From contig CAVPQW010000006.1 of NCBI GenBank assembly GCA_963707645.1, positions 90,819-154,818 of the forward strand: a stretch of DNA of 64,000 nt, written 5' to 3'. The notes below the pieces were generated by a model that worked only from the letters and a program-made list of their open reading frames with translations, was not told the origin of the DNA and did not search any database. Every line of letters begins with the position of its first letter. Position 1 is the stretch's first letter. This DNA comes from an uncultured Actinomycetes bacterium. GTDB taxonomy: Bacteria; Actinomycetota; UBA4738; JACQTL01. The position numbers and the translations under genes were made by a program. Positions 49,287 to 58,989 of this stretch are shown here, in pieces.

Positions 49287-50943
49287 CTACGGCGGCGGTG
49301 GGACGATCGTGGTCCACACCCGGCCGAACGCGACGGTGACCCTGGTCGGACGGCCTCCCACCTCGGTCGTGTGCACCGCCGTCGCGCCGAACGGCTCGAT
49401 CTCCGTCACCGAGCCGTCGCCGGTGTTCGCCACCCACAACGCATCCCTGCCCACGGCGATCTCCGTCGGTTCGGTTCCGACGTGGACGGTCGCGATTCCC
49501 CCACGGCCGCCGACGGGGAACTTCGTGACGATGCCGTCGGCACGGTCCGATACCCACAGCGCGTCGAATGCGAAGGTCACGAGGGTCGGCGCGGAGCCGG
49601 GGAGCGCGATCGGATCGCCGGCCCGGCCCGTGGACTCGTCCACCGGCGTCAGCGTGGCCAGGCCCCGGCTGAGGACCCACACCTTCCCCGCCCCCGCCGC
49701 GATGGCGTCGCCGCCCACCTGGAACGAGTCGACCTCCTTCGTCTGGAGGTCCAGGCGGAACAGCCGGCTCGACGCGAGGGCCCAGAGCTTGCCCCGTTCG
49801 ATGACCATGCCGCCGCAGCAGACGTTCAGGTCGATCGCCTCGGCCTGCTCGTTGGTCGTCGCGTCGATCCGCACGAGCTGGCAGCGGACGCAGCCGGGGT
49901 AACCAGAGGCCGCCCACACGTCGGACCCGTCCACGACGATGGACGAGGGGTAGATCACGTGGATCGCTGCCACGACGCCGTCCGTGTCCGGGTTGATCTT
50001 GTAGATGGTGTTGCCGAGGAAGTCCGCCACCCACACGAAGTGGAACCCGGAGGTCGACCGTGTGCCCCTCGGGCACATCGTTCTCGGTGAAGCCCTCGAT
50101 CGGGATCGCGGGCAGAGCGGCATCAGTCCCGACGGTGAAGGAGGCCACGCCGACGGCCACCGATGGGGGGGTGATGGACCCGCCCGAGGTCGCTCCGCCC
50201 GAGGGGGCGCCCGACGGGAGCGTTCCGGTCGCCGACGGGTTCACCCCCGGAGCGTTGGGCGTGCCCGACCCCTGCGGGTCGGTCCCCTCGCCCGAGCCGC
50301 CGCCGAGCAACAGTAGGGGCACCGCCACGGCCACGGCGACCGCCGCGGCGACGATCCCCGCGATGAGCGCCGTGCGCCGCCTGCCGCCGTCGCTGGGCCG
50401 CCCCGGTTCCAACCCCTCCACCTCGGGCAGGGCCGGCAGCGGCGTGTCCGACGCGACCTCGTACACGTTCCACTCGCCGGGGACGCCCTTCAGCTCGCGA
50501 ACGCCGAGCGGTTCGAACCGCAGAGCGGAGCCGGCCGCGAGATCGCGGACGGTGGACGTGACCACGATCTCGCCGGCGCCCGCGAGGCCGGCCACCCGGG
50601 CGCCGATGTGGACCGCGATCCCGCCGACCTTCTTGCCGATGACCTCGCACTCGCCGGCGTGCAGGCCGGCCCGGACCGGGATGCCCTTCGACCACATGGA
50701 CTCGACGATGGCCGCAGCCGCCCGAACCCCGTCGTTGGGCGCGTCGAAGGCGGCGAAGAACCCGTCGCCGGCCGTGTCGATCTCGCGGCCGCGGAATCGC
50801 CGGACCTCCCGCCGCGCCGTCTCGTAGTAGGCGCCGAGCACGGTGCTCCAGCTGCGGTCGCCAATCTCCGCGGCCATCTCGGTGGACCCGACGATGTCGG
50901 CGAACAGCACCGTTGCGACGAAGCGCTCCCCAGGACGAGGCAT
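49287..50943 (-). pseudogene. membrane-anchored class III nucleotidyl cyclase with extracytoplasmic beta-propeller-like domain, one frameshift
   Basis: Cyclase domain from ATG 50943 (FVATVLFADIVGSTEM, DTAGDGFFAAF, GIAVHIGARV, ELKGV). TM helix TALIAGIVAAAVAVAVAVPLLLL and a Gly/Ser/Pro linker. The repeat-rich domain is in the frame of ORF 49287..50123 (FHFVWVADFLGNTIYKINP..., DVWAAS, KLWALAS, KVWVLS, ALWVSD, ALWVAN, RVWTT). The frames meet around 50045..50070 (CCCC at 50066..50069). Confidence 0.8.
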
Positions 50944-51056
50944 GCGCGGCAATTGTGGGTTCCCCGGACCTGCCGCACAAGGCGATCAAGGGCCGGGGCC
51001 GGACCCGCCAGCGCCGCACGACCTCGACGGCGTGCGGGCATGCCGGTGAAGGCTGC

Positions 51057-53729
51057 TCAGTGCCGGACGAGCACGTTCACCCGAACGGACCAGAGGTCGA
51101 AGAAGTGGCCGAGCCCGTCCGTGTAGTGGGCGACCGCACGGACCTGCACGGACCCGTCGTCGAATGCCCCGGTTCCCCACGACGTCGTGAACCCGTTCCC
51201 CGGGGTTGCGTCCTCGCCGACCGGGCGCCCGTTCGCGAAGAACTGCACGCTCTCGAGGCTCCACTGGCTCGGCACGCCGGAAAGCGACGCTGTGAGCGGA
51301 ACCGCTCCGGTCACGGGGTCGCCGGCCGACACTCCGCCCACCGTGACCTCGGGGTTGCCGTTCGTCACCGTGACCAGACGGCCGCCGGTGTACAGGGGGT
51401 CGTTGTCCCCGGCGTACAGGCCTGCCGTCACGACGTGCGGCCCGTTGAACCATTCCCGCGTGTCCCACCCGTCATTGGCGTCGTTCGGGATCCTCCAGGG
51501 CGGCGTCCCATCGCCCCACAGTGTCCAGTTGGAGGCGCCATCGACGCTCAGCATGACCGGGCTCGCCTGCTGGGGATGGGGATCAGCCTCGATGGCCACA
51601 TTGGAGCCCGTCACGCTCGCGCCGGTGCCGGGATCCACCAGGTCGATCGAGTCGCCGACCGGGCCGCCCAGCGTGAGCTGCACGTCCATCGGGTAGGGGG
51701 TCTTGTTCCCGGCGCTGTCGGTCGCCGTGACGCGAAACAGGTACTTCCCGTTCGTCGACCCCGGCCAGACGGCGCCGAACATCGCGGCCGGGCCGTTGTC
51801 CTGGCCGATCTGCGGGAGCGCCAGGTCTGTGAGCGGCTGCGGAGAGTTCCACCCGCGGAACACCTTGGCGGTCACGGAGTCGACCGTCAGTCCGGGCCCG
51901 GCCGTGGCCGCGACGAGGATCTGGACCGGGTTCTTTGTCCGGTACAGGTAGTCCGTCGGGGCCAGGATCGTGACCGTGGGGAGGATCAGCGTCACGTCGC
52001 GCGGCGCCGAGGTGGTCGTGGTGCCGCCCGACTGGGTGAGTCGCGCCCGGATGACCCCCGAGAACTGGCCCGGCCGCGGCAGCTCGTCTGTCGTGCCGCC
52101 GAACGGCGCGCTCGCGTCCGTGTCGATGAGCGCCGTCTTCCCGTCCCAGTACTCCGCCAGCAGCTCGATCTTCTGAATGGTGTGCCCCGGTGACGGCGTC
52201 GCCTGGGCCGACCAATGGAAGTGCTGGCCCACGGAGGTGAACGAGCTCGGCGACGTCAGGGTGATGACCGGGTTCCGCACGGTCATCGAGACGGGCTTCG
52301 CGGTGGCGATCAGGCCGAACCGGTCGGTCGCCTCGGCGCCGACGGTGATCCGGGTCCCGTTCGGCTTGTTCGTCGTGTCGATCGTCACCGCGTAGGGCGC
52401 CTGCCGGTCGGCCGTCTTCTGCCCGTTCACGGTGAACACGACCTCCTCGATCCCGCCGCCCTGCGACTGCACGGTCAGGGGAACCGTGACCTTCCCGCTG
52501 ACCGAGGTCCCGGGGCTCTTCAGCGCGATCTTCGGCGCCGGGAGCGGTTGCCACCTCGAGGGCGCGCCCGTGGCCTGGAACGAGTTCTGCGCGGCGTCCC
52601 AGTGGTTCGCGAGGTACGAGCCGGGCGCAGGGCTCGTGTCGAAGTAGTCGTTGTCCTTGCAGTCGAGCAGCTCGGGCACCGTCACCGGGCAGATCTGCTG
52701 GAGGCGGAACGTCCCCGGCCGGCCGTCGTCGTCGTAGCACATGACGTCGGTCTCGTCCCAGCAATGGGAGTTGTTGGTGTGGTGCGGGGCCGAGGGCTGG
52801 ACCGCGCCCATGCTGTGGAACAGCTCGTGGATCGCCACCTCCCCGGCGGCGAAGTGGTCGAAGTAGATGTCCATGCAGCCCGTCACGACGAGCGTGTTCA
52901 TGTCGCCGTGGTTGTTGAGGTTGGCCGCGGAGTCCCGGTCGTCATGGTAGAGCTCGCCGATGCCCTGGCACCCGGCCGGGATTGGCGACGTCGCCGTCTC
53001 CAGGAAGACGAGGCCCTTCTCCGTCCGGTTCCACAGGCCGGCCCGCTGCAGGCGGAACCGCAGATAGGTGGGGTCGAACGACTCGAATGAGAACTTGGAA
53101 CCGAGCTTGAACGGCGTGATCACCAGGCGGCACTGGTTCATGACCCACCGGATGTGCCGGACGCCGCCTGACTGGGCGGCCGAAACGCTCAGGATGCGAT
53201 CGGCGACCGCGACGGTGTTGAGGATCGCTGACCGACGGTTCGCGTCGCCCGCCGCGTCGAGCAGATTCTTCTCGTAGAACGCGTAGAACACGTGCACCCT
53301 CGGGCCGGACGAGTAGCAGGGAATCCCCGGAAGGTTGTCGAACTGCGGCAGGGGCTGGGCCCGGGCCCCGGGAGGAACACCGACGTGACCGTTCCGGTCG
53401 GGGAGGTAGGTGTCGGGGCCGTGGGTGCACGGCGCCATCGCGGCCGGAACCGCCCGAGATTGGAAGCTCCCCTCGCAGCGGCCGGTTCCCGGCCGGAGCA
53501 GGGTCTGGGCCTCGTGGCGGGCGAGGAGGCTTCCGGCGGCGAGGTCTGCTGGCGCACCAGGCGGCAGCGTGGGGTTCGCGGCCCCGGGTGACGAGGACGC
53601 GATCGTTCGCGCGCCGACCGGAACGGACTGGAGCGTGGCCAGCAGCAGCAGGCACGCGAGCAGGGCAATCCTCGGCGGCCGCCGCAATCGCGGCCGGCGG
53701 ACGGGCGTGATCAACCGGTCGCGCAGCAC
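51057..53729 (-). CDS. large secreted HExxH (zinc-metalloprotease-like) protein with multiple Ig-like/beta-sandwich domains
   Basis: Arg-rich signal peptide (RRPRLRRPPRIALLACLLLLATL), single HELFHSMG motif, and a Cys-rich catalytic-region context. About 500 aa of repeated beta-rich modules (…VSGKVTVPLTV…VVFTVNG…). The reading frame is intact at 890 aa. Confidence 0.7.
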   Translation of the reverse strand: MLRDRLITPVRRPRLRRPPRIALLACLLLLATLQSVPVGARTIASSSPGAANPTLPPGAPADLAAGSLLARHEAQTLLRPGTGRCEGSFQSRAVPAAMAPCTHGPDTYLPDRNGHVGVPPGARAQPLPQFDNLPGIPCYSSGPRVHVFYAFYEKNLLDAAGDANRRSAILNTVAVADRILSVSAAQSGGVRHIRWVMNQCRLVITPFKLGSKFSFESFDPTYLRFRLQRAGLWNRTEKGLVFLETATSPIPAGCQGIGELYHDDRDSAANLNNHGDMNTLVVTGCMDIYFDHFAAGEVAIHELFHSMGAVQPSAPHHTNNSHCWDETDVMCYDDDGRPGTFRLQQICPVTVPELLDCKDNDYFDTSPAPGSYLANHWDAAQNSFQATGAPSRWQPLPAPKIALKSPGTSVSGKVTVPLTVQSQGGGIEEVVFTVNGQKTADRQAPYAVTIDTTNKPNGTRITVGAEATDRFGLIATAKPVSMTVRNPVITLTSPSSFTSVGQHFHWSAQATPSPGHTIQKIELLAEYWDGKTALIDTDASAPFGGTTDELPRPGQFSGVIRARLTQSGGTTTTSAPRDVTLILPTVTILAPTDYLYRTKNPVQILVAATAGPGLTVDSVTAKVFRGWNSPQPLTDLALPQIGQDNGPAAMFGAVWPGSTNGKYLFRVTATDSAGNKTPYPMDVQLTLGGPVGDSIDLVDPGTGASVTGSNVAIEADPHPQQASPVMLSVDGASNWTLWGDGTPPWRIPNDANDGWDTREWFNGPHVVTAGLYAGDNDPLYTGGRLVTVTNGNPEVTVGGVSAGDPVTGAVPLTASLSGVPSQWSLESVQFFANGRPVGEDATPGNGFTTSWGTGAFDDGSVQVRAVAHYTDGLGHFFDLWSVRVNVLVRH

Positions 53730-53854
53730 GTGAAGTCTCCCCCTCCTGGTCCGGGCGGCACGATTATGCCCGGTTCATGACGTTTGGGGAAGAGGGAAAT
53801 CGTCGGCCTCAGAGGGTGCCGGGCGCTCCGGCGCCGAGGTGCCCGGTGTTCCGG

Positions 53855-54139
53855 CTACGGGTTCGCGGAGTGGGTCACTTTCGGCGTGTGGTCCTTGCCG
53901 CCGCGGTCGCCTCTGTCCTTGCCCTTGTCCGTCGTGACGTTGAAGTGGTATCCGCCGAGGACGAGGACCAGGAAGATCACCATCACCGCCGCGATGACGA
54001 TGAGGGCGATCCGGGAGACGGGGTCGTAGCTGCCGCCCGAGGACCGGCCGGACCGTGTGGCGGCCGGGGGCGGCGGGGTCGGGGACGACCGGCTGTCGTT
54101 CGGTGGGTGCGTTCTCCGGGGGTGTGGACATGCGCTCAC
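53855..54139 (-). CDS. Pro-rich single-pass membrane mini-protein
   Basis: The GTG at 54139 overlaps the stop of 54136..54396 (GTGA). It has one TM helix (IALIVIAAVMVIFLVLVLGG) and a Lys/Asp/Gly-rich tail. Confidence 0.45.
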   Translation of the reverse strand: MSACPHPRRTHPPNDSRSSPTPPPPAATRSGRSSGGSYDPVSRIALIVIAAVMVIFLVLVLGGYHFNVTTDKGKDRGDRGGKDHTPKVTHSANP

Positions 54140-54396
54140 GCTACCGCGACCGGGGAAGCGGCTGCAGAAACGGGGCCGCCACCCGGCGCCCGTGGGCCGG
54201 GCGCCGGGTGGCGGCGGTGGGTCGGGTGTTCAGGCGACGCGGCGCTCCGACTGGCCGACTCGGTCGGGCTGGGAGACCAGGGGCGGGGTGGGCGGCTGGA
54301 CCTGCGGATGTCGAAGACGGCGAGGACCGCCCCGACCGCCACGGCGAGACCGATGGCGAGCAGGAGGAACAGGACGTTGAATCCGGCGGGGGCCAC
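54136..54396 (-). CDS. single-pass membrane mini-protein with Pro/Ser-rich tail
   Basis: SD GAGGAGG 7 nt upstream of GTG 54396, and an N-terminal TM helix FNVLFLLLAIGLAVAVGAVLAVF. Confidence 0.45.
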   Translation of the reverse strand: MAPAGFNVLFLLLAIGLAVAVGAVLAVFDIRRSSRPPRPWSPSPTESASRSAASPEHPTHRRHPAPGPRAPGGGPVSAAASPVAVA

Positions 54397-54547
54397 GGGC
54401 GAACCTCCTCGCGTGCGGGCGCTGCGGACAGGGGCGTTCTGGGTATCCCCGGCCCAGCGGGCTCACACGCCCGTGGGAGTCTTCTCACGGCGGCGCTTCC
54501 CGGCCTCCTCCGGGGGACGTGACGGAGGCGGCGCCTAGAATCTGTCC

Positions 54548-56874
54548 GTGACACCCGCACCCCCCCGCCCGACCACCGATCCCGACGCGCCCGTTCTCGA
54601 CCTCCGGCCGCGCGAGCCGGACGCGACGCCGCGTCCCGACGCGCCGCGCGAGCCGGACGTACGGGACGACTCGCGCGAGCCGTCGACGGGCTGTCGCCGC
54701 TGCTCGAGCCGCTGAATCCCATCCAGCGCGAGGCCGTGCTGCACACCGAGGGCCCCGTGCTCATCGTGGCCGGGGCCGGCTCGGGCAAGACCCGGGCGCT
54801 CACGCACCGCGTGGCGTACCTGCATCCGCGAACAGGGCGTGTCGCCGTTCGAGATCCTCGCGATCACCTTCACCAACAAGGCCGCCCGCGAGATGGCCGA
54901 CGCGCGTCGAGGGACTGCTGGGAACCCGGGTCGCCAAGGGGATGTGGATCCTGACGTTCCATTCGTCGTGCGCCCGCATCCTCCGCCGCGAGCACAATCA
55001 CCTCGGCCTGCCGTCGACGTTCTCGATCTACGACGAGGGCGACACGGAGCGCGTGCTCTCGCTGGTCCTGAAGGACCTCAACCTCGACCCCAAGCGGTGG
55101 CCGCCGCGCGCGATGGGTTCGGCCATCGGCAAGGCCAAGGACGAGTTGCTGTCGCCCTCGCAGATGATGGAACGCGCCGGGAACTTCTACGAGCGCCAGG
55201 TGGCCGAGGTCTACGCGGGCTACGAGCGCCGGCTGCTGCACGGCCGGAGCGCTCGACTTCGACGACCTCATCAGCGAGACAGCTCGGCTGTTCCGCGATC
55301 ACTCGGAGGTCCTCGAGCACTACCAGGAGCGGTTCCGCTACATCCTCGTCGACGAGTACCAGGACACGAACCGCGCGCAGTACCACCTGGTCAACCTGCT
55401 CGCCGCCAAGTACCGGAACATCTGCGTCGTGGGGGACGCCGACCAGGGCGTGTACTCCTGGCGCGGCGCGACCATCAAGAACCTCCTCGACTTCGAACGG
55501 GACTACCCCGACGCCGAGATCTTCCTCATGGAGCAGAACTACCGCTCCACGCAGACCATCCTCGCGGTCGCCAACGCCCTCATCGAGCACAACGTCCAGC
55601 GCAAGCCGAAGTCCCTGTGGACCGAGGGGCCGGGCGGCGAGCTCGCCGTTCGGTTCCGGGCCGACAGCGAGCACGACGAGTCGGCGTTCGTCGCCCAGGA
55701 GATCGAGCGCCTCCACGAGTCCGAGGGGTACCGGTACCGGGACGTGGCGGTGTTCTACCGGACCAACGCGCAGAGCCGGGTGCTCGAGGACATCTTCATG
55801 CGGGCCGGCATGCCGTACCGCGTCGTGGGCGGCGTGCGGTTCTACGAGCGCAAGGAGATCAAGGACGTCCTCGCGTACCTCCGGCTGCTGGTGAACCCCC
55901 AGGACCTCGTGAGCGCGCGGCGCGTGATCAACACGCCGAAGCGGGGGATCGGCGACGCGACGATGGCGGCGATCGAGGAGTTCTCCCGGTGGGAGGAGAT
56001 CCCGTTCATCGAGGCGGCGCGCCGGGTCGACGAGATCAGCGTGCTCGGAGCGCGGGCCCGGGGGGCGGTGACCTCGTTCGTGCAGACGCTCGACCGGCTG
56101 AACGGGTTCCTCGAGGACGGCATGACGCCCTCACGGCTCGTCGACGCCGTCGCGCAGGAGTCGGGCTACCTCGCTGAGCTCGAGGCGGAACGGACCGTCG
56201 AGGCCCAGGGCCGGATCGAGAACGTCCAGGAGCTGTCGGGCGTGGCGGCGGAGTTCGAGGCCAGGGGCGGGGAGGGGCTGTCCGACTTCCTCGAGCAGGT
56301 CGCGCTGGTCAGTGACGCCGACCAGTACGACGAGGGCGCCTCGACCGTGACGCTGATGACGCTCCACATCGCCAAGGGCCTCGAGTTCCCGGTGGTGTTC
56401 ATCGTGGGGATGGAGGACGGCGTGTTCCCGCACTATCGGTCGATGACCGACTCGGCGCAGCTCGAGGAGGAACGCCGCCTCGCGTACGTCGGGATCACCC
56501 GGGCCAAGGAACGGCTGTACCTGACGAACGCATGGAGCCGGTCGCTGTTCGGACAGCTCTCGTACAATCCGCCGTCGCGGTTCCTCTCGGAGATCCCGCC
56601 GGACCTGATCCGGCAGATCGAGACCCGCGACGGCCGGGGACGGGGCGGAGGCTTCGGCGGCCGGGGCGGCCAGGTCTCGCAGATCCGCGGCGGCCGCGAG
56701 CAGGTGGAGGTCGTCCCCGGCGAGACCGTCATGCACGACAAGTGGGGCGAGGGCGTGGTGATCTCGGTGAATGGGACGGGTCAGGACGCCCGGGCGACGA
56801 TCGCGTTCGAAGAGGTCGGCGAGAAGCACCTCATGCTGGCGTTCGCGCCGCTCAAGAAGGTCTCCTCGAGGTAG
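54548..56874 (+). pseudogene. pcrA: ATP-dependent DNA helicase PcrA/UvrD, four frameshifts in the first 700 nt (almost certainly sequence errors)
   Basis: Segments in four frames: [13 protein letters not shown]... (GTG 54548) / [47 protein letters not shown] / [26 protein letters not shown] / [27 protein letters not shown]...YERRLLH / AGALDFDDLI...ILVDEYQDTNRAQY...VGDADQGVYSWRGA... to the stop at 56874. The junctions are at about 54676..54684, 54823, 54901..54906 and 55242..55243. Confidence 0.9.
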
Positions 56875-57502
56875 CGGCCGCCGCCCGCGGCATCGGCGGC
56901 GCGGGGAGGCTCGCCACGGGAAGGTCTGCCGGTCTGCGTGGCCGCGCGACTGCCTTGATGGTGGGTGCGGTCCTGCGGTGGCTCGCCTGCCACACCCGGA
57001 GCAGGGTGAGGCTGCCGACCGCGATCAGCGAGGCCGTGGCCGCGGCGACGAACGCCAGGCTCCACGCGTCGGTGCCTGCGGCGAACGCGTGGACGGTCGC
57101 GACGACGTAGAGGCCGAAGGTGGCGAAGTGCACGCCACGCCAGACGCGCTTGGGAAGCCGCGAGCGCAGCAGCGACGTGATCTCGATGGCCACCAGGAGG
57201 TACATCGCCACGATGCCCCACGCCACGGCGACCGGGTGCCACGAGCCCGTGAGGGGGACGAGGACGTTCACGAGCCCGAAGTGGACGTACGAGTCGAGCA
57301 GGATCGACACGACGTGGATCGCCGTGAAGATCACGGCGGCGCCGCCGAGGAACCGGTGGAGGTCGAACCACCACGCCGGCTTGGGGCGCGGCGTCACGGC
57401 GCGAGTCGAGACGACCAGGCCCCAGATGACGGCGCCCGCGGCGAGGGCCCAGGCGACGACGCCGGCGGCCCGCGCGGAGTACCAGAACACCTGCGAGCTC
57501 AC
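56852..57502 (-). CDS. ferric-reductase-like transmembrane domain protein
   Basis: Six TM helices with conserved His residues (…WWFDLHRFLGGAAVIFTAIHVV…, …VHFATFGLYVVATVHAF…). The GTG at 57502 overlaps the apbE stop (GTGA). Its 3' end overlaps the convergent pcrA 3' end by 23 nt. Confidence 0.7.
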   Translation of the reverse strand: MSSQVFWYSARAAGVVAWALAAGAVIWGLVVSTRAVTPRPKPAWWFDLHRFLGGAAVIFTAIHVVSILLDSYVHFGLVNVLVPLTGSWHPVAVAWGIVAMYLLVAIEITSLLRSRLPKRVWRGVHFATFGLYVVATVHAFAAGTDAWSLAFVAAATASLIAVGSLTLLRVWQASHRRTAPTIKAVARPRRPADLPVASLPAPPMPRAAAATSRRPS

Positions 57503-58431
57503 GCGTTGCTCCGTTCGAGCTGCGGGCGGGTGAACGCCGTCAATCCAGCGGACTCGTGGACGTCGCCGGCCTCGTCGACGACGAGGCCCTGGGCACCGTG
57601 CTGTTCGAGGAGCGACGGTCCCCCGACCGGGCCGGCCAGGAACGCGGCCTTCGACAGGACCTCGGCCTGCCAGCCCTCGGCGGCGACGGCCGTGGCGGCG
57701 ACGAGCGGCGTCTCGGCGGGAAGGCCGGTGGAGGGGTCGATCAGATGGTGCCGGCCGTCGCCCCAAGCGCGGCGGGTCCGGGCGCTCGTCGCGACGGCGC
57801 CCCGGTCGAGCCACAGGAGGGCCGCCAGGCGGCTTCGCGTCGGGTGTTCCACCCCGGCGACCCAGGCGCCGCCGCCCGGCGACTCGCCCTCCATCCGGAG
57901 GTCGCCACCGACGTTGACGCACGCGCCGGCCGCCCCGTCGCGGAGGAGGGCCTCGGCGACAAGGTCGGCGGCGAAGCCCTTGCCGATGCCCCCGGGATCG
58001 AACCCGACCCCGCGGGGAACGGTGACGGTCGACGCGGCGCGGTCGACGAGGATCCGGTCGTACCCGGCCACCGCGAGCGGCTCCGCCGGGGGAAAGGGTC
58101 GGCGCGGCGCGGTTCGGTCGATGTCCCCGAACGTCCGGTCGTAGCCGGCCCGCTCCAGCGCGCGGAGCACCGTCGGGTCGTACCGGCCAGCGGTGACGCG
58201 CGCGCCCTCGAGCGCCCGCTCGACGAGCGCGAGCGTGGCGCCGGAGACCCGCACCGGCCGGCCGGCCTCCCGGTTCATCGCCGTCACCTCGCTGTCGTCG
58301 AGGAACCTGCTCCACCGCGACTCGAGCTCGGCGACCAGGTCCCGGGCGAGCTCCAGGGAGCCGACCGTCCCGCCCACCACGACGACGTGGACGTCGGAGC
58401 CCATGGCCGGGAAGCGCGTCTCAGCTCGCAT
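57499..58431 (-). CDS. apbE: FAD:protein FMN transferase (ApbE family)
   Basis: AMGSDVHVVV..., ...FDPGGIGKGFAAD..., ...VNVGGDL..., ...HHLIDPSTG.... Confidence 0.88.
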   Translation of the reverse strand: MRAETRFPAMGSDVHVVVVGGTVGSLELARDLVAELESRWSRFLDDSEVTAMNREAGRPVRVSGATLALVERALEGARVTAGRYDPTVLRALERAGYDRTFGDIDRTAPRRPFPPAEPLAVAGYDRILVDRAASTVTVPRGVGFDPGGIGKGFAADLVAEALLRDGAAGACVNVGGDLRMEGESPGGGAWVAGVEHPTRSRLAALLWLDRGAVATSARTRRAWGDGRHHLIDPSTGLPAETPLVAATAVAAEGWQAEVLSKAAFLAGPVGGPSLLEQHGAQGLVVDEAGDVHESAGLTAFTRPQLERSNA

Positions 58432-58858
58432 GGCTCACGCTGCTCGGCTGGGTGCCGGTCGAGCCGGACGATCCCGGCGCGGCCGACCACCCGGTGGATC
58501 CGGAGGACGAGGAGTCGTCCGACGTCGACGTGCCCGAGTCGTCCGACGTGCGGGAACCGGACGTCACGGAGCCGCCGCTCGAGGTGGAGGTCGCCGTCGT
58601 GCTCGTCCCGGCGGAACGGGCCGCCATCCCGCCCGCGAGCCCGAGGAAGGTCAGTGCGCTCAGCACCCCGGCGACGACCCGGGAGCGCTTGGCGGCGTGC
58701 CGCCGGCGCGGCCGGGCGGGGGAGGCGGCGTGCCGGCCCGACGGGTGGCGTCGGGCCGGCGCCGCCGGCATGGGAGGCACGCCGGAGGGGGTGGCCGGTG
58801 GACCGTCCCAGGTGAACCCGGGGTTCGGAGGGGTTTCGGTGTTCGGCGTCGTGTCCAT
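58421..58858 (-). CDS. membrane-anchored Ser/Thr-rich low-complexity protein
   Basis: I prefer ATG 58858 (MDTTPNTETPP...). It has one TM helix (VVAGVLSALTFLGLAGGMAA), then a tail that is mostly S/T/G/D. It overlaps the apbE start by 11 nt. Confidence 0.5.
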   Translation of the reverse strand: MDTTPNTETPPNPGFTWDGPPATPSGVPPMPAAPARRHPSGRHAASPARPRRRHAAKRSRVVAGVLSALTFLGLAGGMAARSAGTSTTATSTSSGGSVTSGSRTSDDSGTSTSDDSSSSGSTGWSAAPGSSGSTGTQPSSVSHAS

Positions 58859-58989
58859 GACGAACAGGTTCCACCGCGCACATGAATCGCGGTTTGCAGT
58901 TCCCTGTGCGATTCCTGTGAACGTGCGCCGTCTCCCCGGGAACAAACAGCCGGCCCCGAGCGAAGGGGGGTTCGATAGACTCGACCTCG

